Below the pieces are notes generated by a model, which did no database searches, was not told the DNA's origin, and worked only from the letters and a program-made list of their open reading frames with translations. A DNA stretch of 61,729 bases, the filler included. It is 5 parts of 5 records of this genome, joined end to end, with 100 filler letters (N's around TTAATTAATTAA, not from the genome) between each part and the next. Parts side by side here need not be neighbours in the genome. Positions count along the whole stretch, not along the records: positions 34,316 to 48,144 come from DRR378314_1226; positions 48,245 to 56,246 come from DRR378314_1232; 3 more parts are not named here. One strand, 5' to 3'. Positions within the stretch are counted from its first letter, which is position 1; every line of letters begins with the position of its first letter. The translations under genes and the position numbers were made by a program. Below, one piece after another: positions 36,109 through 49,347 of the stretch.

Positions 36109-37825
36109 CCTCTCTTTTCTTTCTCGGTGCCGCCTATGCCTCTGGCCCTGTCCGGGAAAAATAGGGGAGGGGGAACAACATGCCCGTAGAAACCGTCAAC
36201 ATGCACGCATTACCAATGTGTCAAAACTCATCATGTCTACGCAGAGGGCAAAGACTCGAGAGGCAATCGAACGCAACATGCATTCCCACACCAACGAAAA
36301 GGCACCCACGACGCCTCAAACATTGACCGCACGCGACGGGCGCACGGGCTTCGGAGCGCGTGCAGCACAAACCAGCCTGCGCAGCTTCCTCGCAAGCCCA
36401 ACTCCCGCAAAGGGAGAAGACGGATCTAGGGCATCGTAGAAGTCACGCTCAGGTGGTTCCGGTGCAAGGAGAGGCAGGAAGCCACGGACAACGCGGGCTA
36501 ATCATCTCTCCACACGCAGCGAGCACCAGCGAGCGCCGAAGCGGGCGCCACGGCTACCAGGAAAATACCGCTGCCTCGGCGCACATGTCGCCTGCCAACA
36601 CCGGTGCCAAAGCGCGCCGCGGCAAGGATTTCGCTGAGCCAGGCTCAAGCGAAACCATGCACTGACAAGGCAAGAACATGCACGTGCGCTTCGAAACTAG
36701 AAATAAACGTTCCCGAGTGCACATTTGCATCCCAGTTTCGCACCGCCGAGCCAAGCGTGAGCGATCTGCCGGACAACCCACGGTACGGGCGACCGGCGCT
36801 TGCGGGCACGGCCCGGCGAGAAGCAACCAAAGGGGCCAGCCCCGAGGCACGCACACGCGTGCAGCGCAGCGCAGGAGCGCAATGCGAGCCGCTACCCTGC
36901 GCGTCGTACCAGTCTCCCCCGCCTGCGCGCGCCCAAGGAACGGACGCCGTATGCAGGCACACAGAGAGAGAAATATATATATATATACACAATGCCCCCA
37001 TGGCAAATGCAATCGCATGCGCAAACGCGGGCGGCGCCGCACGGATAAGCCTTCGCTGCACAACGCACCGTCAGGAGAGCGGCGGACTTTCTCGCACGCA
37101 CACACACACACACGCTCTCGCCAGGAAACGAGAGAGCCAGGCAAGAGAGAAAAAAACCGTACTGCCGGCGGAAGAGGTGACAGAGCGCCTCCGCACCTCG
37201 CGCAACCCTTCGCTCGCGTCCGCTGGTGATGCAGCAATCCTTTCTTATACGTACCCCTAGTCACTAGCCCTCGCGATGCCAGGGTGGTATTTTCTCCCAC
37301 CCCCCTTTGGAAGCTTTTCTGAAACCGGCCCCGGCTTCGAACAAAAGACTGCCACTCGGTGCGGCTGCCGGCCCGCAACGCTGCGCAGCGCCCTATCAAC
37401 CACAAATGACTGCGCCTTACCTTTAGACGAGACCTCCATACCCGCAATGGCAATGCGCACTCCATTTCACCGTTACAACCACAAGGATACAAGTGTGCCA
37501 CACAGCGCCTTGCAGCCGTCCACACCCTCGCCAGGCGAACGCGACAAGGCGCGCTGCACGGTTCCGCCCGCGTGTTAACGGTTGGGATATAGGGTTTGAA
37601 CATGGCTCGGATGCTCTTTGCACAACAACAGCAGTGCTGAAACGTGACAGCGCGAATGCCTCTGTCAATCGGTCTGGCAATGCCTTTCTCCTCGCCAGTT
37701 CCCGCTGTAGGCAGCGCCAGAGGGCGCCGACGTCGGCCACGCACGCGCGAGCGCAGCTCTGCCTCGCAAAAAAAGAAAGCCCTCGCGTAACCCTCCTCCG
37801 CAAGCAGCGCCGCACACCGCTCGCC

Positions 37826-40031
37826 ATGTCTGACGGAACGATTCCCACCGATGTCCTTTACGCGTCTCATCAAGTGGTGCGTCCTTTCCCGTGATGCTCG
37901 CTGCAAGAAAACGAAAACCTACGCACAACAAGGCGAGCTGCTGGAAATGCCGGTGCTTCGTTCGTCTGCGGTGCTTTCCGCCTGTTCCGTTGCCATTGCG
38001 CAGCCGCACCTCCCACGCGCGGCGCTAGCGTGCGGGGCCCCGTCCTCATGAATGCTGAACAGCTGTGCGACAGAACCTTCGCGTCGGCCGTAGCTGCTCC
38101 ACGCGAGAGTCGTGCGCCTGTTGCTTTGCGTAGCGCAGCACCGCAGGTTTGCGCCGGCGAAATTCTTCAGGTTCCTTGTGTTTTCCTCTATACATATAAC
38201 TGTAGAGTATTGAGAAAGCAGTGGTGATGAGAGAGAGAGAGAGAAAAAAAATACTGCCATGGGTTACGCTGCGTCGCCAAACGCACATTGGCCGGCACCG
38301 GCGCCTCGACGCGCGACGCGGGCAGCAGCAGCGAATGTTTGTCGCGCCGGCGTGCACGTCCGAGGCAGCGAGTGCGGCGCGCCTTGCCGTTTGAGGGGCC
38401 CCTCGCAGGCGTGCATGCAGTCGCCACGCGCGGTGTGCTCTTGGCCAAGATTAGTCTCTAGCAACAAGTACATCGCACAAGTGCAACTCGTCTCGTAGTT
38501 GGGATGCGTGAGCGCCGATACGCAGCGCGCTAGCTCCCGCCCGTGCTCGTGCGCCAGCGGCGCTACCCCGGACGCCCGTGTCGCTGCGGCAGCTGAGCAC
38601 CCTGTGCCTGAACCCGCTGCTGCAACGCGGGTGCAGCGCCGGCGGGAATCGCCCGCGGTCCAGATTGCCCGTGGAGCCGCTTTGCATGCCAAACGAGTAA
38701 AAATGTGCGCGTGGCTACAGTGAACGCCCAGTGCTGTGGTTTGCCCCCGTCCCGCACTACCTCCAGTGGCCAAGCGAGAGCAAAGCGCAGCGCTCCTCCC
38801 AACGCGCCCTGTCGTTCAACAACCTAGCCAGCTCCTGCCTTTCGGTGCCAGCCTGGCTGTGCACCACTGCTGCACGGCCCGTCTGTGCCCCGCCGCTCGA
38901 GACTTTCGGCGCACGCAAAGACGCGCCGCCGTCTGCGGAATGCGATAGCTCTTTACACACCCTGTCACAATCCTTGCGGGCATTGCTTTGGTAATGGTCA
39001 CATCTGCCCTTCGCGCACAGATGCGAAATGCAGTACCCCTGCAAACGTGCACGCAGCGAGTTTGCGGCGTGCGCGTCGCCCCCGTCCGGCTGCTCGTGTG
39101 AGCGCTCCTGCGCAGCGTGTATTTACTCCCGAGGCAACTGGATGCTGAGCAAAAGCGCGCACGTAGCGTCCGAATGCTGTCCGTGGCGGCTTGACAGTCC
39201 CACTAGTAATGATTCGACATTTAGTTTAGTCACAGACTCCATCTTTTGAAAAACTGCGATTCGTGGAGAAAATGAATAGGGAGCGACAGGCAGAGATGCG
39301 CGAAAATGTCTGCTGCGTCCCGTAGTACCTCCTGCTGGTTTCAGGCGCTGGAGATTGCTCGTGTGTGCGGCTCTTGGCGTGCGTGCTCTCCCCCTGCGCT
39401 GCTCTGTCTCGGTAGCCTGGCTCAAGCCGGGTACTTTTAATAGAGGTCGTGATATATGTACTCGTGTGGGGTAAAGTCTTCATGTCGGCAGTCGCTCACG
39501 AACGAATCGCTCATGGTTCGCTTGCACCGCGCGTATATGGACACGCCCAGGTGACAGACAAGTGCGCCGAAAAGTTCGAGGCGTACGCTACGTGCAAGGC
39601 GGATGACGACGATCCGGAAGCTTGCATCCCGCAGGCGGACGAAAGCCTCGCCTGTGTTGGCAACACGTACGTAACATTCTTTGCGTATTGCAGATATTCC
39701 GCGCCACGGTTTGCGCGTTCGTGGACAGAACGGTTTTACCAACTTGATCGTGACCCGTGCGTATTCTACGTTGCTGCTTTGCCGTTGGCGTTTGCGTAGA
39801 TGCCCAACGTCTGGTGTTGGATTAGCGCTTGCAACGTCTTCGCCTCATTTTTTTTTTGTTTTCTCCTCTTGCCGTGCCTATCTGATCCTTTTCGGGCCAT
39901 TACGGAACATCAGCATCGCTGGTCTGGACAAATCCTGCCGCGACGAGCTTGCCGCGGCGGCAAAGTGTGTCGCGGAGAACGGCGTCGAATCAAAGGAGTG
40001 CCGCGAAGCTCTTGCCACGCTGCGCCAATGT
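37826..40031 (+). CDS. NDUFA8: complex I subunit NDUFA8-like protein (four CX9C motifs); last exon unresolved
   Basis: Exons 37826-37876, 39551-39666 and 39914-40031 give MSDGTIPTDVLYASHQVVTDKCAEKFEAYATCKADDDDPEAC...CRDELAAAAKC...CREALATLRQC. A further exon may start at 40604. Confidence 0.75.
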
Positions 40032-40854
40032 GTACGTCGCGGAAAACCGCTTCAATCTATGGCAGCGGAGCCCTTTAGTCTCTGGTGCAGCTTTGTTGTT
40101 GTTGTTATTACGTCTCCGCACTTTTGCGTCGCGATCCTGCGCGCTCGAGAGAGGAAGTCGAGCGCAAATCTCTGGCGCCGCTTAAGTTCGGACGCTCCTC
40201 TTGCTTGCCTAACGTGTCGCCTTGTACTCCCGCACGTTGCCTGCTACTTGCCCTGCATGCCGTTCAGTCCAAGCAATAAGTGCATCGCACCCCGCCGAGT
40301 GCGCAAGAGGCGCACCCTTCGAGTGCCCCTTTTTTTCTCGTTCTTTCTTCACAGACGGCATGGCAGATATGCATTGTCGTCCGCTTCAGCGAAGGTAGTG
40401 CGAGCAAAACTGTGGCAAAAGCGAGTACCTCAAAGGCTGCCGCGCGCAGGAGAGCTTCTCGGTATGCTGCGGCTGCCGATATTTTCTTGCGGGCGGCGAA
40501 CTTACCGACGTGAAAACGTCGTGTCAGGGACGTATTTCTCCAAGGGGAAAATGAATCGAAATGCAACCACAAAGCACGCTTTTTTTTGTTTGCTTGTTTC
40601 CAGAGTGCTGGCGCTTGTGCCACTCTGGGCGCCAAGGATCGCCAGAACTGGGGCGGCGGGAAGCGCAAGCAGGCACGCCAGAAGCACAGCAGCACTCCTA
40701 GCTCTGCCGTGTGTGCAAGGCACCGCGGCAGGCGCATCGGTCGGGGGTTGTTTATTCCACATGAACCGCTGCACGTGCTCAACATGCTACGTTCTCGTTC
40801 GCAAGCGAGAGGAATCTTCACAAACGTAGCAGCATCGCCTGCACACGCTCCACA

Positions 40855-43708
40855 TTAGTTGAGAAGAATTCCCGAGTACGTCTTCTGGAACCACTTCATC
40901 GCATCGTCCCTGTACAAAGCACGCCAAGAAGTAGCCGGCAGTCAGAAACGCGCGGAAAACGACCCGACACTCCGCAACCACGTACAATCCTCTCAAACTG
41001 CGCATCGTGGCAAAAACTTGAGAGACGAAATGAAGAAGTGGAGAAACAAAAGACATGCCGCGCAACATTCGTAAAAACAAAAACCTTTTCCTTTCCACCT
41101 ACAGAGACAGCGAGCGCGACCAACGACGTACTTGGTGACACGGTGCGGCTTGCCAACGCGGCCGCGCTTGATCTTCCTCTTGGACACACGCTTTCCAGGG
41201 CGCGTAAGCACGACAGTGAAGTCCATGCCGTAGATACCGGTCGAAGGGTCGTACTTGAGACCAAGATCGATGTGCTCCTGAATGCCGAAGCCAAAGTTGC
41301 CTGCGCAGGAAACGAACCCGCGGAGAGGCGGTTGCTCTACAGTAAGTTACCGCGCGGCAGAAGCTCGCGACAGCCCTTCCCCTAGACCCCCGCACACGCA
41401 CTCTGTCGCACTGTGTGCGATGGCGGAAGAAGCAGTGGACACTGGATTCGCAGCCAGAACGCACATGCATGCGACCAAAGAAAACGTACCCTCGGCAGAG
41501 AAATTGTGCTTGCGCAGCTCGTACTCCTTGACCTTGAGGCCACGTTCGAGAAGCTCAAGAGCTTTCTCGCCACGAAGCGTCACGTAGCACGAAATCTTCT
41601 CACCACGACGGATGCTGAACGAACGAACCGTGTAGCGCGCTGCACAACAACCGCACGCCACCCGACCACGCAACCAGCACAGCAAGAAACTGGTTAGAAC
41701 GGAAAAAGGTTTGAGAAGTTCACATCATCAGCCACCACGGCACGGAGATAGAACGTTACCCATATATATGTACACAATATGGATTGCGAGCATGATGCAG
41801 AAATAGGCCACGCCGAAAACCAAGCCAGTGCTGCGTCAAAGAACCCACATCAATGTGACAAACAAACAACTGCGCTATGCGGAGGCACCACCTGCACTCC
41901 GAGTTACAGAAGCGCGCCACTCGTACAGCGGCACACCACACCCGGCGTCTGCCGTGCCACCACTATAGTTCAAAATCACACGGATGCCCTCGCCACAACC
42001 CGGACATATATTCCAATGCAACGATCTTGAACGCCATGCAGGTTCAGAAAAGGTACCCAAAGGAAAGATTCCTGTAGGAATAAAGCACGCAAGCGAAGCA
42101 AGCCAAACGCTTCCCGCCCCTTGCTACAGTGCCAGCCAAGAAGCGCGCCTCCACAACACTGAACACCACAGAGCCACCCACAGAAACCCGGCGCCCAGCC
42201 GCACACGCGCCTTGAACTCTCACGCGCGTACGCAAGCGGAAAAAGAAACTCGCATGCTACGAGCGTTAGTGCCATGACTGAGCCAACACGCTACTTCCTG
42301 CCGCCGCGTCAGAGTGGGGAAAAGAGAGAGCCACGCACTCGAGATCTGCCACGCGAGGCAGTACACGAGCTCGTAGAACCAGCGACAATCAGGGGGGGCA
42401 TACGCGGCGCAGTGAAGACACACGCGCAACGAGGCCTTCCTCCACACCGAAAACTTCACGCGAAGTATCCTACACAACCAACGATGAAGCAATTCCGCGC
42501 TCTACCAAAAAAAAATTAATACACTACGTTCAAAATTGAAAATTAGAAAAACTAGCTTCTGCGCAGAGGAAACACCATCTTCTCCATAGCGTGGGCGCTT
42601 GCGACTAGCCCGAGCGTAGGAAGCGTGGGAGCAGAGGATGCGGCAAGCGCACGGCACCGCGCTGGGGCGAGACTGCAACAACTCACCGATTCCGAAACGC
42701 GGCTCCTGGCCCGAGAGCTGCTCAAGCACCTTCGACGCGCGCGTGAGACGATCACCGCTCTCGCCAACCGAGATGTTGAGGACAACTTTGTCCACGCGGA
42801 TGTCACGCATCGGATTCACCTTCTCCTCGGCCTGAACGCGTGAGAATAAGGGGGAGGGCAGCAGGCAGCAGCATAGGAACAACCACAGTGAGTACGGGGA
42901 GACCGCAAGCACAACATAGGTGCGCACGCCAAGCACAGCACGGCGACGGCACCGACGCACTATTGCAAGCAGCACACGCTTGCGACTCCTGCAGAGCAAC
43001 TCGCGCAGCTCTGCTGGCATCCCTTCCGTTCCATAAAAACTTAGTTCACGACACTATTGCAAAGCAATACAACGTCAGCCACATATGCTCGACCTCGCGC
43101 TCTTACGGATTCACAACCACAAAGGCGCAACAAGGCTGCGTCAGAGCCCACTTCCAGCGGAGAGGACAAGTCCCAGGCTGCCAGCACAAACCCGCGGGGG
43201 CCCACGGCGAGTTCCAGCATTGCCCGTACACTCCTGCGCGCAAACTACATACGCAAGCCTAATTCCACACCACACGAGTAAAGCTGCATAATTATAGCGT
43301 CTTCTCCGTACTCATACTATTGGAATGGCGTAATCATGCGAGGTACACCAGCCGAACGGGAAAGATAAAAGAACGGAAAACGCAACCAGCGCGTACAACA
43401 CGCAGCCGCAGACGACAAGCACATACACACAGGCGAGAGAGCCCACAGTTGCCAGCAGCTCGCTTCGCTTGTACGGTGCAGTACCGACAGGGGGGGCCCG
43501 GTAGCCACACTGCAGCGAAGAGAAACCAAGCGCCGCAGCATCTCCCCTGCTGTGCCGCAGTCCCGCCCGCAGTTTGCAGCACATCCTCGCACCGGAGAAA
43601 GAACAGGACGCACATTCAAACGGACATAGTAACGAAATACTCACAAAGTGCGCAGACAGCGAAGAAAATCGCCGTCGCACCACAACGATGCGCCTGTGCA
43701 CGTACCAT
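40855..43708 (-). CDS. RPL11: 60S ribosomal protein L11 (uL5), five exons
   Basis: Exons: ATG 43708-43706 (inferred), 42831-42687, 41639-41490, 41300-41132, 40909-40855. Motifs [43 protein letters not shown]. Confidence 0.93.
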
Positions 43709-44222
43709 TGTACTCGTCCTCGGCGTGCTGCGCACGGTTCAGGAAAAAACAGGGTAGCTCTCACCATTCCACAACCACACTGCATGATTGGGCAGTCAGT
43801 CCTGCAGTAACAGTAGATCACCTAGCCATAGTTGCCTCAATCTGCTGAACCCGGAAAACTGCAGCTCTCGGAACCAGGATGACGACAAAGTGAAACCTAG
43901 AACGCCGACGATTGCATGCTCAGCGGCATAGTCGAAGTGGACATCGCATGCGCACGGCCAACCATCCCGCGCCTCGACGATCAAGCCCTCGCCGCAACCA
44001 ATACACTGCGAAATATGCCCGGCGGCGATGCAAAACCAAGCCAAGGGAAAAACTTCGACCTGGAACAGCGGCCAAAGGATTGCGCCGCTAGCCGACGCTA
44101 GCGCGTTCCCGCGCGCGAGCCTGCGTGTGCGTAAAAGTTGCCAGCCCCATCAGCCGCACATGCCTCTACAGTAGCGCCAGATACCCAGCACTGCGGCGCT
44201 GCACGCCGACGGCATCATTCTA

Positions 44223-45235
44223 ATGACTACTTGCATGCGCGCATTGCGCGCTCGTCGAATCGTGCAGCCACTGCACGAGTGGTCGCGCAAAGCCCGCCTA
44301 GTTGCAGCGGCGCTGCTCGCCGAGGCGTTTGCGTTTGCGTTGCTCGCGATCGGACGTGCGCCAGCCACAATTTCGCGCCACGACAAGCTCGCACATATGC
44401 TGGCATCAGCCCTGGTGACTGCAACACTGATGCATGCGGTTGCGCTCTGGCCGCCAAGCGCGTCTCTCCGCCGCTGGAAGCAGATCGCTCTCGTGGCCAG
44501 CACGGCTGCAGCTGCAGGCGGCTTGGTCGAACTAGTCCAGGTACGGCGCAGCGCACGTTTCGGTTTCTGGAAACGACACCGCGGTGCCTCTGCTCCCGCC
44601 CACCCCGCCGGTGAGCCATCCATCTGCAAGGCCAGCCGCTCACGTTTTGCGGTGATGAAGTGGTGATTCCGAGCAATGTTGTCTCATTAGTTATACCGCC
44701 GCCATGGACGGGCAGCTTGAAGTTTTCGTCGGCGTGACTGCTGGCATAGCAAGGCGCTGCTGTTCCTTGCGCGCGTCGACTCACTGTCGCGCACAAGCAT
44801 CAAACTGCAACCTCTCCTGCGTCAGCTTATGCAGCGTAATGCTCCAAGCGATGATTCTTTCGTTCCTCTTTCTGTACAAAAACCCACGTGTGTGCTCCCG
44901 TGGGATCAAGGTGGATGCCGCGGAATGCGTACACTGTGAATCACAGCCGCAGTATTCGCGCTTTGACACGGTGTGCACATAGAGCCTACGCGGCTCCTCT
45001 ACCCGGTGGTCCCTTACCGCTCACGCCTACCCGCCCTGCGCCCACGTTCCGTCCACAGGCATTTGTACCCCACCGCTCCGCTGATATTGAGGATTGGTAC
45101 TATGATTTAATCGGTATACTCGGAGGTGTTCTTGTTGGCGTGGCCTCTGTACGCTGTTCGCAACGGGGTACGGCCCGAGAAGCCTCCCCTTGCGACCTCG
45201 AGCTAGTCGACGAAGGTGCTATGCACTTTCCGTAG
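44223..45235 (+). CDS. VanZ-like membrane protein, two exons
   Basis: Exons ~44223-44540 and 45059-45235 join as DKLAH...GGLVELVQ|AFVPHRSADIEDWYYDLIG. Confidence 0.75.
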
Positions 45236-45813
45236 CAGCGAGGCAAGCAGCTACTGCATTTATTATATTTTACAACAAGAAGCGGTTTGCTTTGTTTCTT
45301 CTTCTTGCGATCATAGATCTTATCATAACCCTCGTTGCACATTGTGCGATACGCGCAAGCCATCATTCATTCAACAAGGTATACAAGAGTGTCATGGACA
45401 CGGCGAAAAGAAAGAGAGAAAAAAAATATAAACTTTACCTCGCCGCTTACAGGTGGCCGGCTACGCACAGCACCAGCGGTGCGCGCCAGCGACAGGCACG
45501 AGATACGCTGTCACGAACCTTGCTCCACCGCGCAAATGAATCCCGCCTGTGCCCGAACGAGCAGTGACAAGGCACATCGATACCACACAACCCACAAGTA
45601 CGAAGTATGCGAAGTCATGTCTTCGGAAACAAGCACTACACGTGGCCGCGGAAAAGGAGGCGGGGGGGGACGCAAAAGAAGGAGGCTGCAGGCATGGGCA
45701 GCAAGCAGCCGCTTAGTAGACCCGCGCCACACCTCCGAAGCAAGACCCTGGCGGCGTACACCGCTTTGGCTCTTCCTTGCGATCAGAGCCAAAGCGCCTC
45801 TCGGATCTGTGCC

Positions 45814-48047
45814 CTACGATTTTGCATACTGTCGAAGCATCTCGACTTCGCGCACCCCGCGCAGCAAGTAGCACATTCGAAACATAAAGTCCGGCGCACG
45901 CTCCGTCGCCACGCGGTCGCCAAGCTTGACAATAACACACAGTGTCACACGAGGCTCGACATTGCTCAGGAAAAACAACTGCCCAGACAACGGGTCTTTC
46001 TCGTAGCAACACTCTGTTGCTTTAAAAAGCGACGTCCGTCGTTCCATGATCAGCGAGGCAAGGGACGGCATCAGCTTTCGGAACGCCTGATCGTCTGGCG
46101 CGAGAGGGAACGAATAGATCGCAGGAAAGGCCCCGAGTCCCGTGCTCGCCTCACCATACGACGAGCCCAGTGCGAACCATGGAATGGGAACCCCGTGTTC
46201 GCGCCCATCATACAACAGGCACACATTTACAACCCCGGTCGTCCGTTCCACAAAAGTCCGGACGAGTGCAGCATAACCAACCGCCGTATCGGCACGAGAA
46301 CTCCCCACCGACGCTGTACTTGACCGTAAGGAAGCAGGCGACCCAATCGGAGTCACATCCGCGCCAACCACCGGCGCCGCACCCTGCTGCAGCGGCGACC
46401 CAGTCGGGGAGGCTCGAGGCGTTTCCACCGCGCGCTCCGCAACCTTCCCGTCCCCAGACGACGTCTCTTCTCGCACTTCTAACGTGTTACCCCGTTCACT
46501 CGAGATCGAATGCGAACAGGTGCTGGCCGCGTGAATAGATCGCAACGCACGAAACTCCCGCCGCGCGCACTCGAGGCCCTGTGAGAGATACAATGCGCTC
46601 TTCTCAACAAGGGCATCAACAACCGCTGCCAGCCAATCTAGCAAGGCGCCTGCAGATACGTGCACATTTGTCAACCGAACCGACCAGCGATTTCGTAGTT
46701 CCGCACCAGCACCGCAGGTACTCTGCAAAGACGAAATCTCGTCCACACGCTGTCGTACAGAGCGGCACAGCGCATGGCATTCGGCAAGCGAACACAGCGC
46801 GCGAGGAGCATCGCGTTCTCCCAGTGCCTCCCCCGATTCGGCAACTCCCCGCATTAGTCCGATTTCCGCGTTCACCATCTCGTACACATGAAAGAATACC
46901 GGCGACGGTTCAAACGACCAACTCGCATGTGCATCGCCCAACACTTGTTTCCAAGACGTTGCATACGGGGTTGGCCACTGCTGTGACGTAGCAGTCTCGT
47001 CAATAGCTACGACAAACCTCGCGTGCTGCACGGCAAGAGCGCAAAGCTCCCCCAAGAGCCGAAGCAGCCATGCATGAAATCCGCTCCAGACGCCTTCCCC
47101 GTGATCCACTTCATGATTCGCACCATTCTTGGCGTCAAAAATTTGAAATTTCGGAGTAGAAGGCGAAATATTTGATCTTCCACTTGCGTGAACGGGATGG
47201 TCCGCCGTGGCCCCTGTGCGGTGCGAGTCACCATGTGCGTCCGCGTCAGGTGCAGCCGGGGACCATGGGCGACTTGACGCGCTATCGTACGTCTCGCAAA
47301 AAGCTAAATGCTCGTCACGAAAGACTCGCAGCTCCTGCGCACACTGTTGATACATTTGTGTCAGCTGCGTGCGCCCGCGGTCATTAGAAACACTGATGAA
47401 AGACAACGAGTGGAACCTGCACGTAAGCGCGTCGCAGCGCCACATTCGTAGCGAAGCAAAGCGCTTGGTAATGTGAGCTAACAGGCAGAAATGTAGGAGA
47501 ATTTTCAACTTGAAATGACAAGCCATCCTTTTTTATGTTGTTCACAAAATGATTTTCCCGTATTCGCAATGTGGTACCCATGTTTCTTTCTTTTCGTCTG
47601 TACAGTAGCTGTCGTCCATTAGATGGTCACCCCAACAACCCCGATCGCACAGCACGATGACGAACGCACCGTGTCCAGTACACAGTACACAGTGCACCGA
47701 CCATCCCACCTTTCCGGCAGTATGGTGATCAGCAAAATCTAGCCTGCCAATCATCATGGGTATCACACCGTAAAAAAAACTCTTATGCACACATGCAAAC
47801 GCTGCAGCTACTTGCAGTGCACTCGGATCTGCCGGTCGCGAAAGCGCACCATCCGCAGCCAACCGGATCTTCGGGACGCTGTGAAGTGCGTTTCAGTCGC
47901 AGTACAACTCGCGATCTCCCTTTTGCGCTACTACGTACCGTTTCTCCGCATGAGCAAGCACACGGAGCGGAGAAAGCAGATCCGCTACAGGCAGAGCCGC
48001 GAGCTCGTTGCTTTCGAGCAGCGGCAAACGCCGGACAACCTCTGACG
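45814..48047 (-). CDS. KICSTOR subunit 2 (C12orf66/DUF2003)-like protein (5' end missing)
   Basis: Exons 48047-47939 and 47416-45814 give LAHAEKR|FHSLSF...LTQMY...EL. C-terminus FPAIYSFP...FFLSNVEPRVTLCVI resembles C12orf66 as recalled. Confidence 0.6.
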
Positions 48048-48144
48048 CTGTGAAGTCGCGCAAGGATCGTTACAATACAACTCTGCAGAGTCAGCGGTCC
48101 CTTTTGTATTCGCACCCTTTGCGTGCTCCCTTGCGTACGTTTAG

Positions 48145-48244
48145 NNNNNNNNNNNNNNNNNNNNNNNNNNNNNNNNNNNNNNNNNNNNTTAATTAATTAA
48201 NNNNNNNNNNNNNNNNNNNNNNNNNNNNNNNNNNNNNNNNNNNN
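48145..48244. other. artificial contig linker
   Basis: N-run + TTAATTAATTAA + N-run. Confidence 0.99.
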
Positions 48245-49347
48245 GCATCGACGGCATGCAGTGGCCGGAAGGATCGGGCGAGCAGCTCGCAGCAGCCTTT
48301 GCTCCAGAAACAGAAGCGCTGCGTCAAGCTGCCAAGGAAGGATCGGGCTTGCACAGCATTGGCTTCCGCAAACGTGACGCGGAGCCATCTCCTGCCGCTG
48401 AGGTACGTGCGAAGTTGCTCTTTGCCAACGCCCCGAAGCCCGGGCCGGCACGAAAGTCACTTGCTTTGCGTGTGCGGCTAGGACGTCCAACGAATTGCCA
48501 TGGCATGCATCGTTGTTTTCGGCACGACTAGCGATGGCCACGAAGTGCTTCAGCAGTGCGCATGCACAGAAACTCGTGCATTTTTTTCCGCTGCGCGTGG
48601 TTGTCACGTTTCCCCCCACAGTGCGATCTTGCAACGGCCTTGACATTTGCGAACGCAGTACAATTTTTCGCTGCCTGTGGTTGCCATGCCTTCCTCCACG
48701 GTGCGATCATGTAGTATCCTCCACACGTGAGAATGCTGCGCTGTGAGCTCATCCTCGGTCTATCCCTATCCCTCGGCGCATTGTGCGGGCATGCAGCGCC
48801 CCCGAAGTGCACAAATGGCACATAGATCGGCGGCGCCGCAATAGGCGACAGCTGACGTCGAGGCGGATTTGCTAGCTTCGCTTCATAGCCGAGGGCTGGT
48901 GGCAATTTGTGTCAGAGAGAGCACCACGCATTCTGTATTCGTTGACTATGGCTTGCCTGCGATTCAAGGTTGCTCGCCCCATGCCGCAGGGCTCGCTCAC
49001 GCGGCCCCACTCGCCGGAGCGCGATGACTTGCACCGCTGCATCCTATCGTGGTCACAATGTCGCGCTGCGTGCATTTGGAGCTTGCCACACATTTCCGTA
49101 CCTCCGCCTATCCAAAGAACATGTGAGCTTCTACTCTGCCAAACTCTCACACTACCCAACCCTTGGGTTTGCAATCCAGACGCCCCCCGCGAAACGTGCA
49201 CGGACGGAGGAACCCAGCGGAAACATTTTGGACACCCTGTTCCGAAAAACCAAGGCAAAGCCGCATCTGTATTGGCTGCCCGTGCCCGACGACGTGGTCG
49301 CACGTCGCAAAGTGGCTGCCGCGCAAACTGGCTCGGTGCGAGCGTAG
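48245..49347 (+). CDS. Acinus (ACIN1)-like protein, C-terminal exons
   Basis: Exon to 48402 (IDGMQWP...LAAAF, end of the RRM) and exon 49180-49347 with the RSB motif LDTLFRKTKAKPHLYWLP. Confidence 0.8.

Noticed and set aside
36109-39480. Long ORFs such as 36554-37906 (450 aa) and many overlapping ORFs
   Set aside because: They are Arg/Ala/Cys-rich, cross microsatellites and have no motifs. The region is intergenic or intronic DNA in a GC-rich eukaryote.
39681-40829. 382-aa ORF as a single gene
   Set aside because: Only 39914-40031 is convincingly coding (an NDUFA8 exon); the rest reads through intron-like sequence.
41642-43705. snoRNAs in RPL11 introns
   Set aside because: One TGATGA near 41725 has no suitably placed CTGA or terminal stem. 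Not supportable without an Rfam search.
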